This document shows positions 29,695-40,495 of a stretch of 64,000 nucleotides of DNA, piece after piece (position 1 is the stretch's first letter; each line of letters opens with the position of its first letter). The translations under genes were made by a program, and so were the position numbers. The notes under the pieces were generated by a model. That model saw only the letters and a list, made by a program, of their open reading frames with translations. It did not search any database and had not been told where the DNA came from. Location of the stretch: positions 128,001-192,000 of the forward strand of contig CAVZRV010000013.1 in NCBI GenBank assembly GCA_963777605.1. Direction: 5' to 3'. Source of the stretch: an uncultured Acidobacteriota bacterium (GTDB lineage: Bacteria > Acidobacteriota > UBA6911 > RPQK01 > JAPXNP01).

Positions 29695-31425
29695 ATGAGT
29701 TATCAAGTCATTGCCCGAAAATGGCGTCCCCAGAGTTTCGATGAGACGGTGGGGCAGGAGACCGTCACTCGCACCCTCCGGAATGCGCTCTCGACCGGCC
29801 GGATCGCCCACGCTTTTCTGTTTTCCGGAGTCCGCGGAGTAGGCAAGACCACGACCGCCCGAATCCTGGCCAAGGCGCTCAACTGCCATCGGGGGATCGG
29901 TGACCAGCCCTGCAACGAGTGCCCGTCCTGCCTCGAGATCACGGCCGGAAACTCGGTTGACGTGCACGAGATAGACGCAGCGTCCAACCGCGGAATCGAC
30001 AGTATCCGGGAGCTTCGTGAAGGGGTCCGCTACGGAACCGCTCGAGACCGTTTCAAGATTTACATCGTGGACGAGGTCCACATGCTGACTAACGAGGCGT
30101 TCAACGCCCTCCTGAAGACCCTGGAAGAGCCCCCCTCTCACGTCAAGTTCATCCTTGCTACCACCGAGTTTCACAAGATTCCGGCGACGATTACATCACG
30201 GTGCCAGAAGTACGATTTCAAGCCGATCCCCTTTAAGGCGATTCAGGAGCGGATCAGGCTGATTTGTGAGTCTGAAGCGGTCAAAGCCAGTGAGTACGTG
30301 ATCGGAGTGGTTGCCGGCCTGGGCCAGGGGAGCATGCGGGACGCCCAGTCAGCTCTCGACCAGTTGATCGCATTTGGAGGCAAGGAGCTTCGAGACGAGG
30401 ATGTCAAAGCCCTGCTGGGTGTCGTCGATCAGAGTGTTGTGGCCAACCTGATCGATGCGGTTCGCCTGAGCGATCGTTCCCGCCTGATTCAGGGAATCCA
30501 GGAACTTGCCGAATCGGGTATTTCACCGTCGATTGTCTGCACAAAGGTGATCGAACGGGTCCGCTGCCTTCTGGTCTGCAAGGTTGCCGGTTGGGATCCG
30601 GTCCTGCTCCAGCTTCCGGACAGCGAGCGGGAAAGCCTCCTTGAGCAGTCGGAGGGTTTTTCGGAGTTGGACCTGATCCGGTTCTACGATGTTCTGAATC
30701 GGACGCTCTCCGATCTCCGCTATCACTCCCAGCCGAGTGTCCACCTCGAAATCGCACTTCTGAAACTGGTTGAGGTGGGGCAACTGAGCCGCATCGAAGA
30801 CGTCCTGCGAGAGATCCGTTCGGGTGGAGGCGGGAGCCGGGATACTTCCTCCTCACCGGGCCGGCGAGCCAGGTTTGAATCTCCGCGTCCCTCGATTGCC
30901 GGAAGACGACAGCGTGACACTTCAGCGTCCGCCGTCGATACGGCCCGCCTCACCACGCCGGAGACGCGACCGGAGTCGAGTCCTTCCGCAACTCGTCCCG
31001 TCGAGAAGGTGTCGCCAGCCCCAAATCGCGAGCGGGAGGGGGATGATGCACCGGCCGGCGGGAGTGCGCCGTCCATGAACCTCGGGAACGGTCCGCTCAC
31101 GGTTCGTACCCTGATGGGGGGATTGAAGGATCGCTTCAACTCGCTCTACGCTCAGCTTCAGACTGCGTCCGACATCCTCTATTCGGACGGCCGGCTGATG
31201 GTTCGATTTCCGGCCGGGGACCAAATCCATGCGTCGATGCTGGATCGCGGACGGCTGTCGGCAGCTTTTGCTAGTATTCTCGGTTCGAAACCCGAGGTTG
31301 ACGTGGAGGTTGACGAAAACTCGGATGTGGAGGAGCCGGCCAAGGCTCCGACCGAGGATCCGAGGGTCCGGTCCTTTATCGACAAATTCCCGGGTAAAGT
31401 AGTAATTCGCAAACTGGAAGGCTAA
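29695..31425 (+). CDS. dnaX: DNA polymerase III subunit gamma/tau
   Basis: ARKWRPQSF, GVRGVGKT, Cys zinc module, DEVHML, SRC. Confidence 0.97.
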   Translation: MSYQVIARKWRPQSFDETVGQETVTRTLRNALSTGRIAHAFLFSGVRGVGKTTTARILAKALNCHRGIGDQPCNECPSCLEITAGNSVDVHEIDAASNRGIDSIRELREGVRYGTARDRFKIYIVDEVHMLTNEAFNALLKTLEEPPSHVKFILATTEFHKIPATITSRCQKYDFKPIPFKAIQERIRLICESEAVKASEYVIGVVAGLGQGSMRDAQSALDQLIAFGGKELRDEDVKALLGVVDQSVVANLIDAVRLSDRSRLIQGIQELAESGISPSIVCTKVIERVRCLLVCKVAGWDPVLLQLPDSERESLLEQSEGFSELDLIRFYDVLNRTLSDLRYHSQPSVHLEIALLKLVEVGQLSRIEDVLREIRSGGGGSRDTSSSPGRRARFESPRPSIAGRRQRDTSASAVDTARLTTPETRPESSPSATRPVEKVSPAPNREREGDDAPAGGSAPSMNLGNGPLTVRTLMGGLKDRFNSLYAQLQTASDILYSDGRLMVRFPAGDQIHASMLDRGRLSAAFASILGSKPEVDVEVDENSDVEEPAKAPTEDPRVRSFIDKFPGKVVIRKLEG

Positions 31426-31452
31426 CAGTCCGCCAGGGGGAGTAGTTTTTTC

Positions 31453-31755
31453 ATGAATCCGAAACAAATGCAGAAGATGCTGCGCCAGGCCCAGGAGATG
31501 CAGCAGCGTATGGAAGAAGAGATGGGCCAGATGGCAGTCGAAGGTTCGAGCGGCGGGGGGATGGTAACCGTCGTTATCGACGGCAAGAAGAATCTGAAGT
31601 CCGTGACGATCAAACCTGAGGCGGTCGATCCCGACGACGTGGAGATGCTGCAGGACATGATCGTGGCCGCCGTTCAGGACGCGAGCCGCAAGGCGGACGA
31701 GAGTCTCAGTTCCCAGTTGGGCGGCCTGACCGGTGGCCTGATGGGCGGCATGTAA
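31453..31755 (+). CDS. ybaB: YbaB/EbfC nucleoid-associated protein
   Basis: QAQEMQ, GSSGGGMV, DVEMLQDMI; synteny with dnaX and recR. Confidence 0.95.
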   Translation: MNPKQMQKMLRQAQEMQQRMEEEMGQMAVEGSSGGGMVTVVIDGKKNLKSVTIKPEAVDPDDVEMLQDMIVAAVQDASRKADESLSSQLGGLTGGLMGGM

Positions 31756-31788
31756 CGTCGTTCAGAAGCGGCGGATTGGAGAACTGAC

Positions 31789-32385
31789 TTGTCGGACAAA
31801 GACCCGATTCAGACCCTGGTCGATGAGTTTCGCAAGTTGCCGGGCATCGGTCCGAAATCTGCGCAGCGAATCGTATTTCACCTGCTCAAACGCCCCGACG
31901 ACACCTCGAGAGCCTTGGCTGAGGCGATCATCAACCTGAAGGCGCGATTGTGCCTGTGCAGCGTCTGCAACAACATTTCCGATGTGGATCCCTGCCGGTA
32001 TTGCCGCAACGAAGAACGCGACCGCACGGTGATCTGCGTCGTCGAGGAGCCCTTTAATATCCTTTCTATAGAGAAGAGCGGCAGCTACCGGGGCCAGTAC
32101 CATGTGCTGCACGGCGCCATTTCGCCGATCAATGGGATCGGCCCGGAAGAGTTGAAGGTCAAGAACCTCTTGACCCGCCTTGCCGACGAAGAGGTCAAAG
32201 AAGTGATATTGGCGACCAACCCGACTGCCGAGGGCGAGTCTACGGCCGTCTATTTATCCAGGTTGATCAAGCCTTCAGGCGTGAAAGTATCAAGAATCGG
32301 TTTGGGTATTCCGATGGGCAGCGACATCGAGTATGTCGACAGCCTGACGATTTCCCGCGCCCTGTCGGGCCGCAGCGATTTCTGA
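31789..32385 (+). CDS. recR: Recombination mediator RecR
   Basis: LPGIGPKSAQR, C4 zinc finger, YHVLHG, ATNPTAEGE. Confidence 0.97.
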   Translation: MSDKDPIQTLVDEFRKLPGIGPKSAQRIVFHLLKRPDDTSRALAEAIINLKARLCLCSVCNNISDVDPCRYCRNEERDRTVICVVEEPFNILSIEKSGSYRGQYHVLHGAISPINGIGPEELKVKNLLTRLADEEVKEVILATNPTAEGESTAVYLSRLIKPSGVKVSRIGLGIPMGSDIEYVDSLTISRALSGRSDF

Positions 32386-32551
32386 TCGGGTCGGGCAGCC
32401 GATCAGGTTACGAAAGAGCGTTACCGGGAGGGTTTGGCCGGAAGTGATCCGAACCGCAAAAATGGTACCGACGCGAAGGTTCCGTTTGTTTCATTAAGCA
32501 AACTATCTTCGCGTTCTTCGTGACTTACCGGCCCAAGACTGAAATTCCAAG

Positions 32552-32977
32552 TTACCGCGGCGTTGGATCGGGCGGCGGCTCAACCCATGATTCGCCGTCG
32601 GGGGAGAATTCTTTCTTCCAGATTGGAACCTTCTGTTTCAGCGTATCGATAATGTACCGGGATGCGTCGAAGGCAGGGGCTCGGTGGGCGGAAGAGACTG
32701 CGATGAACACGCTCGAGTCTCCCACCTCCAGGCGGCCGATACGGTGGACGATCGCCACGCCTTCGAGAGGCCAGCGTTCGAGGGCCTCCCGGCGGATCGC
32801 TCTCATGACCTCCAGGGCGACCGGAGGGTGGGCCTCGTAGTAGAGGTGCGTCACCGATTTGCCGGCCGAATGGTTGCGGACCCTTCCGTCGAAGGTGACC
32901 ACTGCACCGGCGGCGTCGGATGCGACTGCGGCAAGGACTTCTTCCTGGTCGATGGCCTGTTCCGTCAACTCGATCAT
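32552..32977 (-). CDS. moaE: Molybdopterin synthase catalytic subunit
   Basis: GAVVTFDGRVR, HRIGRL, SAHR, LKQKVPIWKKE. Confidence 0.95.
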   Translation of the reverse strand: MIELTEQAIDQEEVLAAVASDAAGAVVTFDGRVRNHSAGKSVTHLYYEAHPPVALEVMRAIRREALERWPLEGVAIVHRIGRLEVGDSSVFIAVSSAHRAPAFDASRYIIDTLKQKVPIWKKEFSPDGESWVEPPPDPTPR

Positions 32978-33234
32978 CGGGCACCTCCGCTCACGGGGGG
33001 ATAAAAGGCCACTTCATCGCCTTCGGCAACCCGGGTATCCCGGGATGCCAGTTTCTGGTTGACGGCAATGCCGACTTGAAGCTGGTAGCGCGCGAGGCCG
33101 GGAGTTTCCGCTGCCAGGCGTTCGAAGACCTGCCCGGCGGTGAGATCGTCCGAACCGGAAGCCGGCATCGCGAGTGACAGTTCCCCGGCACCCACGACCT
33201 CCCGAAGCGATGCGAACAGCAATACGCGAATCAT
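32974..33234 (-). CDS. moaD: Molybdopterin synthase sulfur carrier subunit
   Basis: LFASLRE, AVNQ, GDEVAFYPPVSGG followed by AR. Confidence 0.93.
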   Translation of the reverse strand: MIRVLLFASLREVVGAGELSLAMPASGSDDLTAGQVFERLAAETPGLARYQLQVGIAVNQKLASRDTRVAEGDEVAFYPPVSGGAR

Positions 33235-33309
33235 TTCCTCAATTATAGGGGAGTTGACGGTGCAACCTGTCGTTGTGTCCAGGCCCGGGTGGAGGTACCA
33301 TGAGGGCAG

Positions 33310-34599
33310 ATGAAACGCCTTTTCTTACTGGTCCTGATGGCTCTTACACTGTCCAGCGTGCAGGGCGAGATCCTGAAGGTTGACATTGATGGCGTGATCG
33401 ACCCGATCACGGCGGAATTCATCCAGTCGTCGGTAGATGAGGCTGAAAAGGTCAACGCCGAATTCCTGCTCATTCAACTTCAGACGCCCGGCGGGCTGGG
33501 CATCTCTATGCAGCAGATCGTTCAGACGATTCTGAATTCCAAGGTTCCGATCGTCTGCTATGTCGCACCCAAGGGAGCGCATGCCGCATCGGCCGGGTTC
33601 TTCGTCCTGCTTGCCGCCGACGTCGCCGCGATGGCACCGGGAACCAACACGGGTGCTGCCCACCCGGTCTTTCCATTCGGGATGGAAAACGATGTCATGC
33701 TCGAGAAGGTCAAGAACGACGCGCTGGCCAGCCTGAGAAGCATCGTGAACCAGCGGAACCGGAATTACGAACTGGCCGAGAAGGGCGTGGTTGAAAGTAA
33801 GTCATATACGGCGCAGGAAGCGCTCGATGGCCACCTGATCGATCTGATCGGCGACTCCCAGGAAGACCTCCTCGCCAAGCTGGACGGCAGGGAAATCAAG
33901 CGGTTTACGGGAGAGACCCAGATTTTGAGAACGGCGGGCGTTCCGGTTCGCGTACTCGAGATGGGTTATCGGGAGCGACTCCTGTCGGAGATAGCCGATC
34001 CGAATTTCGCTTTGATTCTCGGAGTGGTTGGCCTTCTCGGGCTTTATTTCGAGTTCACCCACCCGGGGATGGTCGTGCCGGGTGTCGTCGGGGGGATCTG
34101 TCTGCTACTGGCCCTGTTGGGATTCTCCCTCGTCCCGATCAGCATCATCGGAGTTCTGCTGATCATCCTTTCGATCGGACTCCTGGTTGCCGAAGTCAAG
34201 GTACAGGGATTCGGAGTACTCGGTCTCGGAGGAATCATTGCCATGGTTCTTGGAATCCTCTTCCTGATTGACAGCCCGTACCCCGAGTTGAGGATCGGTC
34301 TTTCGATCGCACTCGCGGTCGCCATCCCCTTTGCAGTGATCTTGGTTTTCCTGCTTCGACTCGTGATCCGATCTCACCAGCGGAAGGTGACTACGGGGGA
34401 GGCCGGGCTGGTCGGGATGATCGGGCAGGCAAGAACGGAAGTCGGACCGACTGGTGGCGGTACGGTGTTTGTCGCCGGTGAACTGTGGCGGGCAACAGCG
34501 GGTAGTGCGATTGCTCCGGGATCAATGGTCCGGGTGGCCCGGGCTCGTAACCTCGACCTGTTCGTTGAACCTTGGACCGGGGGCGACAACTTTGATTGA
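33310..34599 (+). CDS. nfeD: NfeD-family membrane-bound serine protease
   Basis: TPGG, AASAG, PGTNTGAAHP, TM block, C-terminal GELWRA OB-fold. Confidence 0.92.
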   Translation: MKRLFLLVLMALTLSSVQGEILKVDIDGVIDPITAEFIQSSVDEAEKVNAEFLLIQLQTPGGLGISMQQIVQTILNSKVPIVCYVAPKGAHAASAGFFVLLAADVAAMAPGTNTGAAHPVFPFGMENDVMLEKVKNDALASLRSIVNQRNRNYELAEKGVVESKSYTAQEALDGHLIDLIGDSQEDLLAKLDGREIKRFTGETQILRTAGVPVRVLEMGYRERLLSEIADPNFALILGVVGLLGLYFEFTHPGMVVPGVVGGICLLLALLGFSLVPISIIGVLLIILSIGLLVAEVKVQGFGVLGLGGIIAMVLGILFLIDSPYPELRIGLSIALAVAIPFAVILVFLLRLVIRSHQRKVTTGEAGLVGMIGQARTEVGPTGGGTVFVAGELWRATAGSAIAPGSMVRVARARNLDLFVEPWTGGDNFD

Positions 34600-34708
34600 A
34601 TCTGAAGCAGAGGTGGAAGCCGGCCGGCCGGGTTGACTTGAAAGCGATTGAAAGGCTGGCGGACTTGAACATTGTCCTGGACTGAGCGGTCCGGAGGGGA
34701 GGGGAGAA

Positions 34709-35476
34709 ATGATTACACCAACATTCATCATCGTCGGAATCCTGGTGCTCTACCTGTTTTCGGTGATCAACATCCTGCGTGAATACGAACGGGGCGTGGT
34801 CTTTCGGTTGGGGCGTCTGCTTCCGGAAGCAAAAGGTCCCGGCCTGGTTTTGGTATTCTGGCCCATAGATCGCCTGGATAAGGTCAGTTTGAGGACGGTG
34901 GCCATGGACGTCCCGGCGCAGGACGTCATCACCCGCGATAACGTGACGGTCAAAGTGAACGCGATCGTTTACTTCAGGGTACTGGACGCCAACCGGGCGA
35001 TCGTGAGCGTGGAGAATTACCTGTACGCGACTTCGCAGTTGGCGCAAACTACACTGCGGTCGGTCCTGGGTGAGGTGGAACTCGATGATCTCCTCAGCCA
35101 GCGGGAAGTTTTGAACGCACGGCTGCAGAACATCCTGGACGAGCACACCGATGTCTGGGGCATCAAGGTGTCGATGGTCGAGATCAAAACGGTTGACCTG
35201 CCGACCGAGATGCAGAGGGCCATGGCCCGGCAGGCTGAGGCCGAGCGGGAACGGCGTGCAAAAGTCATTCACGCCCAGGGCGAGTTCGAGGCAGCGCAGC
35301 GATTGCAGGAAGCGGCGACCGTGCTGGCAGTGGAGCCGATTGCCATCCAGTTGCGCTACCTGAGTACATTGACTGAAATTGGCCTTGAACAGAATTCAAC
35401 GATCGTCTTTCCCATTCCGATTGACCTGCTGACACCCCTGCTCGAGAAGCGGCAGCCGACAGCTAAGAAAGAGTAG
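34709..35476 (+). CDS. Stomatin/slipin (SPFH) family protein
   Basis: [41 protein letters not shown]. Confidence 0.95.
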   Translation: MITPTFIIVGILVLYLFSVINILREYERGVVFRLGRLLPEAKGPGLVLVFWPIDRLDKVSLRTVAMDVPAQDVITRDNVTVKVNAIVYFRVLDANRAIVSVENYLYATSQLAQTTLRSVLGEVELDDLLSQREVLNARLQNILDEHTDVWGIKVSMVEIKTVDLPTEMQRAMARQAEAERERRAKVIHAQGEFEAAQRLQEAATVLAVEPIAIQLRYLSTLTEIGLEQNSTIVFPIPIDLLTPLLEKRQPTAKKE

Positions 35477-35490
35477 AAGAGTCGTTTCCC

Positions 35491-36126
35491 ATGAAGCCAG
35501 TCTTTCAGGCCCGTCAGGCCTTTGCACTTTACGCAGTTTTGCTGCTCTGTTTTGCCGGACTCTACTTTGCCGGACTGGAATTCGGCCAAGGGGGAGAGGC
35601 GGCCTCGCCGGAACGGCTTGCAAGTTCTCCTGCCGTCCCGGCGGGCGCCCCTGCCGGAGCGCCCGTTGAAGTTTACGACGATCTCGGGCAGCTTGGGGAC
35701 AAGTCGGCTGGCGGGCAGCCGGAGACGGGTACCGTGGAGACGACGGCCGCGGAGGCCGCAAAGAGCGGGGGAGTTTCCGTCCCGGCAGCCCGCGAGACCA
35801 GTCCGCCACGGCCGACGACCCAGGGGGAGCGGTCCGCCCAGAATTCCAGGAGTGCCGTGAAGCCGGAACCTGCGACAAAGGCTCCTGCGGGAGAAACGCG
35901 CTATACGATCCAGGTAGCCGCGCACTCGAAACGGGAAGAAGCGGAGCAGACACTGCTTCGACTGGAAGACAAGCAGTTTATCGGGCGGATACGGCCGCCC
36001 CAGGGACCGGGTGACACGTACTACCGGGTTTGGGTAGGGGATTTTGGATCTCGCGAGGAGGCCCGGACCATGGAAGACCAGCTGAAGGCCGCGGGCTTTC
36101 TGACGTACCTGCGAAAGATCGAATGA
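35491..36126 (+). CDS. SPOR domain membrane-anchored protein
   Basis: N-terminal TM, low-complexity linker, YTIQVAA..YYRVWVGDF.SREEA. Confidence 0.88.
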   Translation: MKPVFQARQAFALYAVLLLCFAGLYFAGLEFGQGGEAASPERLASSPAVPAGAPAGAPVEVYDDLGQLGDKSAGGQPETGTVETTAAEAAKSGGVSVPAARETSPPRPTTQGERSAQNSRSAVKPEPATKAPAGETRYTIQVAAHSKREEAEQTLLRLEDKQFIGRIRPPQGPGDTYYRVWVGDFGSREEARTMEDQLKAAGFLTYLRKIE

Positions 36127-37637
36127 AGATTGCCGCGCTCGGTGGGCTGGTCTCGGGCATCCTGTTGTGCCTGGCCTTCCCGGGTTTCTCGTGGTTTCCT
36201 ATCGCCTGGTTTGCCCTGATTCCCTACCTGTACGTCTGCGTCAAGCGCTCCGGGGGATGGAAGGGAATTTTGCTTGCCCATCTCCTGTTCTGTTCCGCCT
36301 TCTTCGGCGGGCTCCTCTACTGGATTCCAGGAGTCCTGATTCACTACGGATCGCTACCGCCCGCACTCGGCTGGACGGCACTGTTTTTGGTCGTCTTGTT
36401 GCTGGCCTTGATTTCGGCGTCTTTTCCCATTCTCGTCGGATGGACCGCGCAGTGGTCCAGGGAAAGTGCCGCTTTCGCCGCCGCCGGCTTCTGGATCCTT
36501 TCGGAGTTGTTGAGAAACAAGCTTCCGTTCGGCGGCTTTCCCTGGGGCAGTGTCGGCTATTCCCAGCTGGGTTATTCATGGGTGATTCAGTCTGCCGACC
36601 TGGGAAGTGTTTATCTCGTATCCGGGCTGGTCATACTGGTCAATGCCGGGTTGCTGTCGGCGGTCTGGTTGCGGCGCTACCGTTTGACGGTTGTCGCGGT
36701 TGCAATGTTCGGGCTCGCCAACCTTTACGGGTTCTACCGGATTAATGTCTGGAATCCGAGTCCCGCCGGCAGTATCACGGTTGGAGTCTGCCAGGGCGAC
36801 ATCGGGCTCAAGGATGACCTGGAGCACTACGCCGGAAAGTACTTCAAGACGCTCCCCCGCCTCTTTGAAGAAGCTGCGGGACAGGGTGCGCGTTGGGTCA
36901 TTTTCCCCGAAGCGCAGAACCCGTACCGCTTTGAACGGGATTTCTACTTCCGGGAATTCTGGTCGGCCAAGGCGAGGATCCACGGTACGTATCTTCTTTT
37001 CAATAACACGACGTCGGGCGAAGCAGGGTACTACAACAGCGCTTTGCTGTTGGACCCGCAGGGGGATATGGTCTACCGCTACGACAAGAGTCACCTGGTG
37101 CCATTCGGAGAGTACCTCCCGCTGTCGGGACTGTTTGGAACCTTCTCGGCACTCGTGGCCGAAGTGAGTAGTTTTAGCGCGGGCGAGCCGGGTGACGTGG
37201 GAAAAGTGGGTGACATTCCCTTTGGGACGCTGATCTGTTTCGAGGGGATCTTTCCCGAATTGGCGCGCGCTGCGGTCGATCGCGGCGCACTGGTCCTCGT
37301 CCAGATTACGAATGACGGCTGGTTTGGAAATACGGCGGCCCCGGCGCAGCATCTCCAGATTGCAGCCGTTCGGGCCATTGAAACGCGACGTCACCTGATC
37401 CGGGCGGCAAACACCGGGTACAGTGCATTTATCTCTCCGTGGGGCGAAATCGAGGAGCGTACCGAGCTGTTCAAGGAGACCGAGATTGTTCGGACGATCC
37501 AACCCGCCACTAACACCACGCCCTTTCTGCTCTTCGGCTACTGGCCTGCTTATCTGGTTATAATGGTGTCACTTTCAATGGCCGCCGCGGCCCGATACGC
37601 GGTTCGTGGGCAGGCCGCGGAGGAAGAAAGACATTGA
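36123..37637 (+). CDS. lnt: Apolipoprotein N-acyltransferase
   Basis: GGFPW, FPE, YDKSHLVPFGE, ICFE, TNDGWF, RAANTG. Confidence 0.95.
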   Translation: MKIAALGGLVSGILLCLAFPGFSWFPIAWFALIPYLYVCVKRSGGWKGILLAHLLFCSAFFGGLLYWIPGVLIHYGSLPPALGWTALFLVVLLLALISASFPILVGWTAQWSRESAAFAAAGFWILSELLRNKLPFGGFPWGSVGYSQLGYSWVIQSADLGSVYLVSGLVILVNAGLLSAVWLRRYRLTVVAVAMFGLANLYGFYRINVWNPSPAGSITVGVCQGDIGLKDDLEHYAGKYFKTLPRLFEEAAGQGARWVIFPEAQNPYRFERDFYFREFWSAKARIHGTYLLFNNTTSGEAGYYNSALLLDPQGDMVYRYDKSHLVPFGEYLPLSGLFGTFSALVAEVSSFSAGEPGDVGKVGDIPFGTLICFEGIFPELARAAVDRGALVLVQITNDGWFGNTAAPAQHLQIAAVRAIETRRHLIRAANTGYSAFISPWGEIEERTELFKETEIVRTIQPATNTTPFLLFGYWPAYLVIMVSLSMAAAARYAVRGQAAEEERH

Positions 37638-38762
37638 ACGAAGATATCCAGTTGCAGTTTCAGGATTTAAAGGATAGGACCAACCAGCTCTGGGGGTATC
37701 TTTGACATAGAAGGCAAACAGGCTGAGCTGGCGAAGATCGAGGTTCACATTTCTCAGCCCGGTTTCTGGGACGACCCGGAAGGCTCCCAGCAGATTCTCA
37801 AACGGCGAAGCCGGTTGCAGAAGAGCGTGGCTCTCGCTGAGTCCTGCCGCACGGCCCTGGGTGACCTGGGTGCCCTGATCGAGCTCCAGGAGGAAGGGGA
37901 AGAAGTCGGGGATGAGCTGGGCCGGGAATTGGGCCGGCTGCAGTCCCAGATCGAGCGGACCGAAACCCAGACCCTGTTGTCGGGTGAAAACGACGGGCTC
38001 AGCGCGATCGTGACCATCCACCCCGGCGCCGGGGGGACGGAGAGCCAGGACTGGGCGGAGATGCTGTTTCGCATGTACTTGCGTTGGGCGGAAGCGCACG
38101 AATATCGGACAGAAGTGACCGACTACCAGGTTGGCGAGGAGGCGGGCGTCAAGTCGGCGACCTTCTTGGTTGAAGGCGATTCCGCTTATGGGTATCTCTC
38201 GGCGGAGATCGGAGTCCACCGGCTGGTGCGGATCTCCCCGTTTGACGCGGGCGCTCGCCGCCACACCTCCTTTGCGTCGGTTTTCGTGACCCCGGAGATC
38301 GAAGACGACGTCGAGGTCGAGGTCGAAGAGAAGGACCTGAGAATCGACACGTACCGGTCATCGGGTGCCGGAGGACAGCACGTCAACGTTACCGATTCCG
38401 CGGTTCGAATCACCCACCTGCCGACGGGCATCGTAGTCCAGTGCCAGAATGAACGTTCCCAGCACCGGAACCGCGAAGTCGCCATGAAGATCCTCCGTTC
38501 CAAGCTCTACGAGCTGGAACTCGAGAAGCGGCGTGCCGAACTCCAGGGAATTGAAGACCAGAAAGCCGACATAGCCTGGGGAAGCCAGATCAGGTCGTAC
38601 GTGTTGCATCCATACCGGCTGGTGAAGGACCATCGAACTAAAGAAGAGCGAGGAGACGTTGACGGGGTGCTGGATGGCGACCTCGACAAGTTTATCACCG
38701 CCTATCTCAAGCAGAAAAGCCGACTGAAACAGCAATCGCAGCGCCAACTATCGGAGGCCTAA
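37634..38762 (+). CDS. prfB: Peptide chain release factor 2 with programmed +1 frameshift
   Basis: TTG start 37634; GGGGG-TAT-CTT-TGA-C at 37692-37706; SPF and GGQ motifs in the +1 frame. Confidence 0.97.
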
Positions 38763-38763
38763 G

Positions 38764-39474
38764 GTGACGCAGCCCGATTTTGCCGTCGAGAATCAGTCGC
38801 CGCAGGATTTGAAGCAGGAGGCTCTCCTGATCCGGGAGCGGTTGCGGGAGGCCCGGAAGTCGGAACGTGAGACTGGATTCCCTTCCGGGAGACGATGGCT
38901 CTTTGGGTTTTGCATCTTCGGAATCCTCGGAATCGCCCTGGTTCTGCTTGGCTCAGACGAGTTTAGGCGCCGCGCGGTAGACCCGGTGGCTGGTATCCTG
39001 GCGAGCAGAAGTTCGCCCGAAAACCAGGTTTTCGAGCTTCCGCCGCCGCCCCCGGTTGCAACCGAGACCAAAACCGGCTCGGCCATTCAGTTCCAGGGTG
39101 GCACCATCAGCTTCAGCGACGAAGGGTTCCAGGGGGTTCTTTACGCGGATACCGATCCCACCCTCGAATCGAGCGACTCGGAATCTTCGAAGGATCAAGG
39201 CTTCGTTCCTCCTCCGAAATCCCCGGAATCGGAGAAGGCTTTTGCGCTGCTGCAGGAGAAGTCTCCGGTTGCAGCCCAGATCGTTTCCGGAGAGAAAGAG
39301 GGCTACACCTTCAAGGAATGGGCTCCGGTCAAAGCCGATCCTCCCGTCTTTTTCATCGACCTGGTCGTGAATCGGACCGAGACTGGAAAAGACCTTCATT
39401 TGGTCTGGGAAATCAAGATGGACGCGGAATCCGTCACGCCAATGAGCCAGGCCGCACGTGACCTCGCCAAATAG
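38764..39474 (+). CDS. Hypothetical single-pass membrane protein
   Basis: 236-aa ORF directly after prfB with one TM segment. Confidence 0.65.
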   Translation: MTQPDFAVENQSPQDLKQEALLIRERLREARKSERETGFPSGRRWLFGFCIFGILGIALVLLGSDEFRRRAVDPVAGILASRSSPENQVFELPPPPPVATETKTGSAIQFQGGTISFSDEGFQGVLYADTDPTLESSDSESSKDQGFVPPPKSPESEKAFALLQEKSPVAAQIVSGEKEGYTFKEWAPVKADPPVFFIDLVVNRTETGKDLHLVWEIKMDAESVTPMSQAARDLAK

Positions 39475-39907
39475 ACATTTTCGATTTGCGATCTTGGGGT
39501 GGTGTTGCCGAAATCGCCATCGGCGCCAAATCTGACTCGTCTCCGCGCCCAATCCGTCGGCGAGCGCACGAAGCCCCCGGGCAAAGCCTCCGGCGGAGGC
39601 CAAACCCCTATCCCCATCTAGTATTAACGAACGTGTGGGAAAAAGTGCGAAGAAGCCGCGGAAAGAACGTGAAAGAGGCGCCGTTCGGAGGGTGAGGAAG
39701 CGAAGGGACCGTGTGGGAGAAAGGATGCGCAGACGATCCAGGGAGAGACGGTTCCTCCTTCGGAGTTTGGGCAACACACCATTGGATTTGTGATTTCGTA
39801 TGGGGTGCGGGTCGTCAATTCCCGCTTCTCGCTTCTCGATTTCCGATTCCAATACGGAACCCCGAAACTCCAGAACCCAAACCCGTTCGAGTGCCGGCCG
39901 GCAGACT

Positions 39908-40486
39908 TCAATCGGTTCCTGCCGACAACCGGTCGAGCAAATGGATCAAATTGGAATCCTGAATCTGTTCCCGGGCGGATGTCTTGAACTCACTCAGGTC
40001 GAGCGGGAAAGTTCGCTCATAGGCCGCGGCCTGGAAAGCCATTTCGAGCTTGTCGATCTGTCGGACGAAGCGGGCTTCGGGCGTTTCGCCGGCTTCGTAT
40101 TCATGCCAGAGATCGAGGATTCGATCCCTCGACGAGAGGAGGCAGGCGACGCGCTGGACACCCTTGCTCTCCAACTCGTGTTTGGCTGCCGATGACACTT
40201 CGTCCGCCGGCGTGAGATCTCCAGCATCTATCTCCCCCAGTTCGTGGACCAGAGCCAGTTCCAGTACCCGGAGTCTGTCGAGGGCCTGGGGGGAGTCCTC
40301 ACTCAAAAGAAGAGCCAGAAGAGCGGTTGCAAAAACGTGTTCGGCGACGCTTTCACAGTCTTCCCGGGAGACCCCACGAAGCAGCCAACCGCTCCGGAAC
40401 AGTTTCTTCAGGGCAGTCATCTCGAAATAGAACGCAAGAACTCCCTGCTCCGAGGCTTCCGCGGTTGAGGGTTTCTTCGAGTTCAT
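39908..40486 (-). CDS. HD-domain hydrolase (YfbR/HDDC2-like)
   Basis: LKKLFRSGW, ESVAEH, VHELGE..GD, DKLEM (HD reads HE). Confidence 0.88.
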   Translation of the reverse strand: MNSKKPSTAEASEQGVLAFYFEMTALKKLFRSGWLLRGVSREDCESVAEHVFATALLALLLSEDSPQALDRLRVLELALVHELGEIDAGDLTPADEVSSAAKHELESKGVQRVACLLSSRDRILDLWHEYEAGETPEARFVRQIDKLEMAFQAAAYERTFPLDLSEFKTSAREQIQDSNLIHLLDRLSAGTD

Positions 40487-40495
40487 CGGGCTATC

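Noticed and set aside
29695-31425. dnaX programmed -1 frameshift
   Set aside because: No A-AAA-AAG or long A-run slippery site seen.
39475-39907. 430-bp intergenic region as an ncRNA or small gene
   Set aside because: Only degenerate heptamer-like tracts; no convincing fold or coding signal by eye.
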